DNA of 52,502 nucleotides. Source: an uncultured Clostridia bacterium (GTDB lineage: Bacteria; Bacillota; Clostridia; Christensenellales; UBA1242). The notes beneath the pieces are model-generated. The model was not told where the DNA came from and did not search any database. It saw nothing but the letters and a program-made list of their open reading frames with translations. The stretch covers positions 1-52,502 of the forward strand of contig CAMVKM010000002.1 in NCBI GenBank assembly GCA_947168085.1, in the 5' to 3' direction. Position 1 is the first letter of the stretch. Every line of letters starts with the position of its first letter. Of this stretch, positions 38,401 through 46,300 are shown in pieces. A program made the position numbers and the translations under genes.

Positions 38401-39701
38401 AAAATATAGTTACCACTAACCCTAAGGTTTTCAACAATGTCAAGTTTTTCCATGTCAATTTTTTGAACTGAGCTACTCAAAATTTCCTTACTATTTCCAA
38501 CAGTTTGAATCCTTAGTGTGTAGGCATTTGCTGAAACATCTTGAGTTAACATATCCAAAGAGAATCTCCCATTATTCTCAACAAAGCCATCTTCTATAGT
38601 TTTTAAGAGCACAGGACTTGATGATGAACTTGCCTTAGACCACACAAAAACAACATATCCACTAGCATTTGAAACTTTGTCCCAAGAAAGAACTTCGCCA
38701 CGATAAGACAAATTTGCTGGAACTGGCAATTTTTCAATTGCAACTGGCACCATATTTCTAGATTCAAAAATCTTTAATGCAGAATTTCCTGTTGTGGTAA
38801 TTTCAAACTCATAAGTTCCAGATTCAAAAGTTTTTGGAATGGTCCAGTAAATTTCATTGTTTGATCTCACAACGTCAAACACACTTGTGTCCACAATGTC
38901 TCCACGAATTGTTTCTCCGCTTTGAACTTTTGTTGTTTTAAAAAGGTCAAGCCTGTAAGACACATCCATTCTTCCAGTTGTCGTTGCTGAAATTTTGTCG
39001 TTTAACACATTAACATTACTAACTTGCGGCAAAATTTCAAAACTGTAAGAATCCGTTTCTTCCGAATCTGTGTAAAGAGTGGTAAAGTCATCTTCTGTCA
39101 CAACAGATTTTAGTGTCACTTCATATCTTCCAGAATCAGTCAGTTTAAAATTGGTTTTGCTCAAAATTTGTGGTTCTTGCTGTTCTCCATCTTTTGTAAT
39201 GCTTAGTTCATACTTTGGAGAGTAAGTTACAAATTCATCTCTTGCAACCACAGCGTCCCAAACCAAACTGGATGTTTGGTCATCATACTGCAAATTTTCT
39301 GGAGCACTTAATGCTTGAACATCTCCAACAATCGTAATAAAGCAAGTGTCACTAAAATTGCCATAGTCACTTTTCACAAAAACTTTTGCTGTGTATCTTG
39401 TCTTGTCATCAATCACTTTAACTTTTACAAGACCAGTGTTAGGGTCAACAGTTATGTGCTTGTCACTTTCTGCATCAGTAAAAAAACGAACAATTTTGTT
39501 TGTTGCCTCAAGCGGCATCAAGTTTACTCTAAGCTGAACATCATCACCTTGTGCAACAATGTACTGCGTTTGAGTAAAACTTAAACTTGTTACAGGAATA
39601 TCATCTTCTGAACACGCCACAAAAGCTGGCGCAAAAAAAGCCATTAACAAAACAAGAAAGAAAAGTTTTACGACCTTTGAAATTGTTTTTGCTCTCTCCA
39701 T
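32442..39701 (-). CDS. Giant (2,419 aa) lipoprotein: Big_2-like domain, at least 15 Fn3-like modules, C-terminal GLUG-type beta-helix
   Basis: A GGGAGA RBS lies upstream. The signal peptide MERAKTISKVVKLFFLVLLMAFFAPAFVAC has lipobox A-F-V-A-C (Cys30, 39612..39614). The Big_2-like segment is PVTSLSFTQTQYIVAQGDDVQLRVNLMP..ITVDPNTGLVKVKV. Repeated modules include VPANLSYRGEVLSWDKVSNASGYVVFVW and IVENLRVSGNYIFWSPVKNAANYFVYVNG. The C-terminal third opens with the GNGSAENPFVIKS entry motif and has GG(L/I)(I/V) ... NC.N.G repeats. Confidence 0.88.
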   Translation of the reverse strand: MERAKTISKVVKLFFLVLLMAFFAPAFVACSEDDIPVTSLSFTQTQYIVAQGDDVQLRVNLMPLEATNKIVRFFTDAESDKHITVDPNTGLVKVKVIDDKTRYTAKVFVKSDYGNFSDTCFITIVGDVQALSAPENLQYDDQTSSLVWDAVVARDEFVTYSPKYELSITKDGEQQEPQILSKTNFKLTDSGRYEVTLKSVVTEDDFTTLYTDSEETDSYSFEILPQVSNVNVLNDKISATTTGRMDVSYRLDLFKTTKVQSGETIRGDIVDTSVFDVVRSNNEIYWTIPKTFESGTYEFEITTTGNSALKIFESRNMVPVAIEKLPVPANLSYRGEVLSWDKVSNASGYVVFVWSKASSSSSPVLLKTIEDGFVENNGRFSLDMLTQDVSANAYTLRIQTVGNSKEILSSSVQKIDMEKLDIVENLRVSGNYIFWSPVKNAANYFVYVNGRNPYVDDPSNIQYNRPQNVLPSGNNDLRLDCASMKFVADGEFSGAQNVNVVSVVARMSYQDEDGQDVVVESVEPATLEIHKIAKANLKNCFGDVGWDALDGALNYEIIISKGNEVICQEVLSNDVLTYSFNDNSYTEQAGEYIVKVRGLGNGRNIRDGDEIVIDSTNRQNHTFTKQSAPIITAFSSEGVLVWEPGEFALDTTHYEISVFDVEQQDVAQTFNLLETSYDLSNYLSDYVGYGRYQFYINAVNDVSSIKYLNSERSEVVVPYKLATPQNLKISNGQFVWDEATNIVGVMEDIVVYEILIDGKNRINIDNFSNNPRTCLPTSAQMGAGSTCAVRIKTCVRKNSANSSNKRVLPDSQTVYVLDSSYSDSELFTRLASPKSPIIDKDENSSTSQMLVGDTIPTTTNYRVLLTYYTESISMQVKFEDVSCNQNDPIWSMSVSTLFTTNLDAGKYRATVVALGGDNYINSPESKSGASLYKLKTPELYIQDGVLHWSQVSGEIDGITTKINNYIINYRNTNTNTTATRSIEGTSWDMKGVAAGEYGISVTAVGVGSAIVSSRESVESSYRKLGAIDSNSIKIFKSSLLDNDTNYNTITWDSVARAQYRIKVYQILTNDVLKYDEVLETNSFVFDDTFASNRYYITVQAVYRGDFINGDISNQVFVNRLSTVTGISVNGTSSVVEETSSGKRLVDKNYLLSWDKINGAAGYTVSIKREGGGSTELQTINDPNTTSMYLIDSTINRGALGNSDVGLLGLTVTAKIDGSDENLVQKNGTLTISSATSQVKNIYRNRAPTINISDGKIVWTNNNVYDNGYMLVFSPTVQQVETVYVPIEGGVYSYDMSSTELADISRTYDGRPIYYNLSVIAVGNPSFYIQSIPEVFSVAGSGAVNIGKLQSVEDINVVNGEVEWGICGGISENELTYTTVATNGNNTVNYEDIRPQTGSNFVTLPRGAFAGLDGSISFTVQAKGTKGFSGVESYVYVNSIVTARSTFNVTKLQTPTDVHVENGEIVWYRNTEHDYGSYHVSGYRIVCGENTYEVGREEDFFLSEHFELRSSVRVQICAIGTLVGGQQDYVSSDFTDGFYAEIRGRPVNLTVKDGVLTWEEDSSAIYKYSDYELEIVLDDGVTKLEPLRSLQNSNALSEVASQGHKFSSIRVRHYGTEDSRQILTTVYLNSAYSTPLLNVIKLDEINDVTITEDGVIAWGGDYAYDSSVAGIAIKVDDTEVRTTERQNIDINSEEINRKIDQNGFASLDITYRAYAPNNERIDASQPIYLFSESKTINAIKFAPINSCKLSNDGLQLLWNMDIRSAYNIANDKIVLVYKYSEYENDEIEEDGLDYVDIAQAKTKEINLSETEQISEGGLNYFSIPLWDLGYYNFDFYVVTTSSNVHSLRSAPRSMNHVLFNKFSSGNGSAENPFVIKSTLDAPTSQNPRNKHWIMSRTDALTKFGYIKTLTTCFFRLAEDINLTSPTGSTNEFVNNFSFSESFIKPFTGGIDGMETKIENGDVVQVIHKISNFEIYSGEPLFNTIEGGTNKDLIDPSIGPNSSNFFRQRGVLMNLDIEVSKFEYSVSIESENTLYLGIVAKQMTGGLIANCSIGLDQTKYPRGYVSNNDYGTQPIVFGTFVGKICGTEEYDSSSYEPVSDKNSYRNTTITNCTSNFGISLLKTADQSSRATRVAGIAGECYGANIYNCANNGLLAATQVAGITLKSTSQIAYQPINAQAFSEVTISSVVSGCTNNGVLNAYSINNLGKEDWSYSGGIVGEATNTFIVNCINSGNIVADTIESHLDISTTDDTKSTILVGGIVATQKAKQYPNQTDKFYGAIINCLNVGEIQFTSDKFARGTEIDSGPSYFSGILASVDSVNNKPKNSYYDSTKNPTTTRIIGVGNLISTEYSLDYSSLVSESYMSNGKMANEAEISFVLSSDITPTYTSTAACFYSTLYLQKSVFTFEDGNYPRISFVSAN
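32750..34120 (-). other. GLUG-like beta-helix region of the 2,419-aa lipoprotein (approximate bounds)
   Basis: Motifs TGGLIANCSIG, VAGIAGECYGANIYNCANNG, SGGIVGEATNTFIVNCINSGNI and VGGIVATQ..GAIINCLNVGEI. These belong to the same repeat family as in the 1..3172 protein. Confidence 0.6.
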
Positions 39702-39797
39702 TTTTTATCTCCCAATTTTAATTTTTAGAATGCAACTTAAACGGTTAACTTTTACAAGTAAATTTACTAAGTTAGTTTAACCAAAGTTTATGTTTTT

Positions 39798-39826
39798 ATT
39801 ATAATATAATAAACAAAAAAAAGCAA
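39798..39826 (-). promoter_or_regulatory. Weak candidate promoter for the lipoprotein / giant B operon
   Basis: Minus strand reads TTGCTT (39826..39821), 17 nt spacer, TATAAT (39803..39798). An A8/T8 run (39815..39822) spans the -35/spacer junction. The -10 is about 90 nt upstream of the ATG at 39701. Only 3 of 6 positions match the -35 consensus. Confidence 0.3.
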
Positions 39827-40178
39827 ACAAAATGAGACCTTTTTTTTAATATTTTTTTCTACTAACCCAACATTTTTTTGCAGTTAAATATTGCTTTTTT
39901 GCATGCAAAACACACAAATTTTCACATTTTTTTAAAAAAATTGGGTTTTTTAACACTTTTTTAACGTTTTTTTGAATTTTTTTAAGCTATTTTTTGCAAA
40001 TTGTGATTTGGCTTTTTTCTTCTTCAAAAAAATTAAAATAAAAAATTTTTAGCAATTTTAAAAATATCAAAAAAATATTTTAAAAAAAACAACTTTTTTA
40101 TGTTTTTAAAACATTTTTAAAAACGTAAAAACCCAACAAAATTTTGTACAACTTGCACAAAAAAAATTAACTATAAAA

Positions 40179-40211
40179 ACAAAAAAAGTAAGACATTTTT
40201 GCCTTACTTTT
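40179..40211 (-). terminator. Candidate rho-independent terminator for giant A
   Basis: Minus strand reads AAGUAAGGC / loop AAAAAU / GUCUUACUU (one G-U pair) followed by a U7 run. It lies about 140 nt downstream of the stop at 40351. Confidence 0.5.
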
Positions 40212-40350
40212 TTAAAAGAGTAATGTTAAATTAACACAAAAATTGTAGGTGTTTTTTGTGTTGATTTTTAAATTGCTTGAGCATTGTTAATTTTATGTTT
40301 TCAACTTTTGCCTAAAAATTAACAAATTAGCAAAAATTGATTTTTTAGCA

Positions 40351-43300
40351 TCATTCTTCTTTACTTTCTACATGGCCTGTTCCCTTACATTTTGGACATT
40401 CTATGATTCCTTTTCCTCGAACATATGGATCAGCACCTATGTGCAAACCACCACCGGAACCACCGCAATTTTCACAACCATAATGAGTAAGATCAAACCA
40501 TCCTCCACTAGTGTAACCATTTCCATCACATTTTGGACATTTAATTTCACCAGTTCCACCACAGTCAGGACAAACATCCATGTTTTTAACATATTTGTAA
40601 GCTAAATCTTTTGCCCATCTGCCCGTCTCAACTTCAACACTAGCGCTCCAAGTGCACTCAGAAGATGATGAACTTGTTGCATTTCTCATGCTATATCCAG
40701 TGCTCTTTGACTCGGTCCATACTGTTTCACTTATTGAACCAGGACCACTAATTGTTTTTGATGAACTGCCTGACTTTGACCAACTGATAGAACCATGACT
40801 TACCTCATAAGTGTAAGTACTTCCATCTGAACGAGTTCCTGTTTTTGTTTCATACAAACTAGCACTACCACTACCACTACCAGAAAAGTTAAACGTTGCC
40901 GTTTTATTGTGAACATACTCAGCATCACCAGCACTTCCTGAAATGTTCATGCTACCACTTAAAGTCGATGCATTTACGTTTGTTCTGCCCCTGTAGCTTA
41001 CAGAATTTGAAGCTGAACCTGTTTCTATTCCTGATTGTGATCCAATATCAGCATCAGACAAATCAAATTCCAAAATTCCATCGTTCGGAATCAATTTTCT
41101 GTTTTGTGGATCATTTGGATTAGATAATGCAGTGTTTGCAAACACAGAATAAATTGTTAAATGAAGTTGTGAAAACTTTGTTATTTTGTTTGATTTTTCA
41201 GTGTTAACAGTAATATTAAAACCATCATCATTAATTCTTAATTGAAGTTGTTTACCAAACAACATTTCAAGAATTGAAGTTTCGTCAGTTATTGGCCTAT
41301 CCAAGAAATTATAAATAATTCCAGAATCATGCACTACTTCACAAGCATCTTCATAACTTCCCGAAGCCTGGCCTTTAAGTTCAAATTTCTTGTTAAAGTT
41401 GTAGGTTGGTGTTGTTGAATAATTTACATTTTTAATATATTCACGGTCACGATAGTAAATGGTTGCCTCAATTCTAATCGAACTTGGGTTGTCACCAGCT
41501 GATGCTGTTCCTTTTGTTTCAGCAATGTTTGATATTTTTCCTGTTTTTTCATCAACAGAATAATTAACAGTACCAACATCATCTTCTTCATCAAAGCCAA
41601 ACAACACTTTTCCATTGGTTTTCATTGATTCGGTTTCAACATTTGGAGCACCTGAAACTGTTGGAGTGAAACTGTCGACGTAGTCGACATCAAAAGTGAA
41701 TGTGTAATAGTAACCAATCTCATATTCAGGAACTTGAGATTCAACTTTAATTAAAATATGGTTTGTTCCAAGCTGGAATTTTCCTATTGCAGCTTCTCTA
41801 AAAATTCCACCATCAACAAGCTTTGAGGCCATTGATGCCTCTTTTCCTTTTGCATCATGCGCCGTAACCATTAACGCATCCCATGTTGTTGGATCTATGG
41901 TGTAAGAACGAGTTTTTACCCCTTGCATTTCTTTTTCTTTAAATTCTTCAACTGGATTGTCACCATTTGAGTTAATACTAGAATTTAAAGATTGTTGCTG
42001 CAAAAATAGTGTTGTAATTAAATTGTTATTATATTTAGTTCCCTTACCAAAAGCATTGTAACTTTCACTGTGTGTGTTGTATTTTGCTGACATATCATCA
42101 TTGTTTTGTGAAGCAAATGTAATTGATGTGCCATTTTGTTCTAGTGTGAAATCATTTTTTGCGTTTGTGTAAATTTTTCGATAAGTAAAGTTGTAAGAAG
42201 CACTCCAATCACTCATAAAAGTCATGTAAGTGTTAGAAAGTCGATACTTAACCTTATAAACGCCACCAGGGCTGTTTTGACAAATGTTGTTAAGCGCTAT
42301 GATTAAATCTTTGGCATTAAATTTACCATTAATTGTCTTTTCACCAACATCAACAACTTTAATTGTCCAGTTACTTACATAGTCATCACTAATATCGGCA
42401 TTTTTACCTGTAAGACCACTTATCTCTCCAACTTTGATTGCAGAACTGTTCACATTTCCATACGCTGCAGCATGTCTTTCTGGTGAATTGTCTGTTATTT
42501 CGTTTGCATTAACCATGTTGTTTGCGTAGGAATGGTCAAATGTGTAGGTTGTTGTTATGTTTCTAAGATGAGAAAGTTTTAGAATCAAATCAAATGGTGA
42601 TCCAACCCATTCTTCATGACCATAAATTCTTGAGGCCTGTCCATTTAAAGTTATATCATAAAATGGTTGCACACTAAACACCCAACTGGTGTGAGTTGCC
42701 CAATTTTTGCCATCAACATCAAACATAAATTTTGTTGAACCATTGCCATTGTTATAACAACTTTCAATTTGTTTTGCAAGGTTAACATAGGACTCACTGG
42801 ACCTATTTTCTAAATCAAACTCAAAACTTTCACGAAATGTTCCATTATCTTCATAAACATCAATCTTGTAATGTGTTGGATTAATTTTTAGGTTTTCAAT
42901 AAAATCATATGTGTAACGAAGTGGAATGAAGTTTGGTTTCAAAAGACCTGTATTGTTACTGCTTGGACTATCTTGAGTTTCTTCATTTGCCCATATGTCT
43001 GCGTCTTTGTCCATTTCATCAACCACTACTTCTGATGTTGTTGTTCGACAGTAAAACATTAATTCTCTGCTTCTCATTTGACTGTCAGTCCAAATTGAAC
43101 CCTGTTCTTTTAAGGACACAACCACTTCAAATCGAAGAAGAGCTCCCGGTGCTAAGCTGGTTCCTTCTCTTAAGAAATAATTGTAGATTTGACCATAAAA
43201 ATCATGGTTTTTTGGAGAACGACCGTTTTCTGGCTCATTTGAATCAACACGTTTAACACTGTTGTTTTCAATGTTTGTAAGATCTTGACTAAACATTAAA

Positions 43301-46300
43301 GCATTTCCCCAATAAACATTAAACATAAACGTAAGCCCAAGATCTTCACCATTAACGTTGTCATACTCCGAAGTTCCTTCATCTGGAATGATTACATAAG
43401 GATGGAAAACTTCATACCTTTTTGGAGTTTTGTTAGAAACTTTGTATAAAGTTGACACAACGCCATCAACTTTTGTCATTTCATACTCATCTAAGATGTT
43501 ACTTTCACCATCAAGCAATCCACCAAAGAAAAATTCTTTCATTCTGGATCCAGTTCCATTTTCAACCCATGAAAGTTGTTTTTTGAACACCACAACAAAA
43601 GCGCGATTATCATTTCTAAAGTTTCCTGTTTGCTTGTTTGGCTCGGTTTTTGAAAAAGACAAATAAGAAGAAAGTTTGTATTTTTCTTGACCAATGAAAG
43701 CCCTTGTTTCTCCAGTTTTTACTTGAGTTGTAAGCATGTCGTTTGGCTGAGAAAAATCAGTTGATGCGTAAATATCTTGACCTATTGGTTTTGAGTAGAA
43801 TCCCCAAATGTTCATTTGTGTTGTTGCACGTTTACATTCGTCAAGTGTTGTTGCTTTTAGATCAACACTTTCAAGCATAATGTCTTGAAGGAATGAATGA
43901 TTTGCTGTTGAACCCGGATAAATGTTTTCGGTTTTAAAATCAACAACTTTGTTGTTTTGATAAGATGTGTGAACGAGATACTCTGTTAACTCTCTTGAAT
44001 CAAACACTCGAGCAGCAAAAGTAAGTTTGTGTGGAACAAATGTGTCAATAAATAGCTTGTAAAGGCTTTTTCCATTTATGTTTTGAATACCCAAAGCATT
44101 TTGATAAATATTTAAACTTCTCTGATCCAAAACCATGGTGATTGTTTTCATGCTTGAGTAGTCGTCTTCGTCAACAAAAATCCAGTTTCCTTTAAATGCA
44201 TTAAAAGTTGTTTTTATGATAATTACTGAAGGGTCCACTCCGCCGTCACGAATAGTTGTTGCATCAAACCTGTTACTGTCTCTTAAAATGTCTACATCCC
44301 CTTTAATAAGATAAAGAGCAATTGAATCAGCACGTTTATCAACATTTGTTATAGTGATTGTCATTTTTGTGTCAGTAATAATATTCCCACGATCTTCAAC
44401 ATACTTAAGGACTGGACTGTCACCTTCATATTCAATAATTGGATCAGTTTGCCTGTTGTAGTTACCTTCAAACACAACTTCGTTAATAATTGGTACAGCA
44501 AAGCGAACATGATGATAGAACAAAAGTGTTGCGACATTGTTTGCTGCCGTGATTTGCTCTAATGTGTCTGGATCTTCAATAACAAGTTCTTTGCTTAAAA
44601 TTTTTCCACGAAGAAAGTAAGAACCTTCCACATTGTAGTAAATTGATTTGTCATTATCTTCACTGTAAACATCGAAAATCCACCCAAGTTTTATTGGAAT
44701 TGCACTAAATTCAATTGTTGTGTAGGATGTTTTCTTGACATTGCTTGCTGTTTCTGTGTTTTTGACATAATATTCATTAGTTTTCTTTGCGTAAACATAA
44801 TTAGCACTTGATGATGAACCAATGTTTGAGTACTCGGCAAGCACATTTCCGAAAACTTCGGAGTAATTGTCACTGCCCGTTTCATCAATTCTTACGTAAT
44901 TATCAAAGATTGTTATGTGATAGTAGTTTCCACCATCCCAATCTATTTTTATGTAGAATGGAGCATGAATGTTGTTTGTATCTGTTGCTGCCGATTGAAT
45001 CATAACCATTGCATAGCGCCAACCAGAAGCAAAAGGATTTGGACCAAGTATAAAGCCTTCAGTTCTAAGTGACAAATAAAGGTTGTGATAAACATTGTTT
45101 TTTGCAATGTCAAAATTATCATCTGCCGACACATAGTAGTAATTTTCTTGGCTTTGTTGGTTAGCTTTTATGGTTGAATAAGCTGTTGAAATTCCAAGCA
45201 TTGGCGCTTCAAGACCTTTTGCAAACACTTTTTGATAATTTGAAATGTTTGAGTCAAGCACAAATTCACTAAAGTTGTTTGACAAAACTTGGAAACTTAG
45301 GTTGTTTATGATTAAGTAAACAACACTTGGAGTGATGCACAAGACGTTGCTATCTTCTTCCAAATCAAACTTGTAGCTAAAATTGTAGTCAAAACCAGAC
45401 TCATTCATAAAAATACGTTTTTGATTTTCTGGAAGCACAATTGGGAAATCAATTTCTCCAGCAAATGTTTCTGGCTGCGATGCTGTTTGCAATTTGTTGA
45501 TGATATCAATCTTAGGCATGTTTAAAATTGGTGTTTCACTGTTTTTAAACACTGTTTTGTAGAACAAACAATTCCAAGAAAAACTTAATTCAAATATTTT
45601 TCCTTCTTGTTTAAGTTTTATGCTTGACTGATCTATTGGACTAAATTTAATGTAGTGAAGCATTGCATATTGATTTTGTTTTGATGTTTTGTTGCTGGAT
45701 TCTTCTGCAACTTCATCAACTTTGTTTCCATAAACTCTAAAGTAATGTGGACCATAAGCAAATCTGTAGATTTCAGCATATGGGTCATTTTCATCACAAA
45801 TATCTTTTGGCCAAAACATGGATGAAATGTCAATATAAATAAAACCATCAGCAAGTGGCGTGTTGCTTATTGGAACAAAAGTGTTTCCAACTTTTGACAT
45901 GTCTGCAGCAAGTGTTGGATCATAAAAGGCTTCGCCAGTTTTTGAATGTTTTATCGTGTAAGTATCTGGATAAGTTAAGGTGCCGCCCTGCAAACTTGGC
46001 ACAGCTTCAACCTTAAATTTAATATAAACTCTACGTTTGCTTTCATTTTCAGCCCACGCTGTTTTATGTTCATCTTTGTATGACTCAGGATCATTTTCAT
46101 GAATCATAGGTGTATCACTTTGATAAGGATAAAGTTCTTGATAAGCTGGATCATCAATTTTGTCAACGATAGAAACAGAGTTATCTATAATGATCCAAGG
46201 GGCAACAATAAGTTTGTGTGATTCAAATAAAACAGAATCTTTGTAAAGTGGGTTTTCTGGATGTTGTTTGTTGTAATCAGTTACAAGTGACAGAACAAGG

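Noticed and set aside
40236-40262. A second hairpin (CACAAAAA / TTTTTGTG) downstream of giant A, considered as a terminator.
   Set aside because: The stem is entirely A/T-rich with a 10-nt loop and is not followed by a clean U-run on the minus strand. The hairpin at 40179..40211 is the better candidate.
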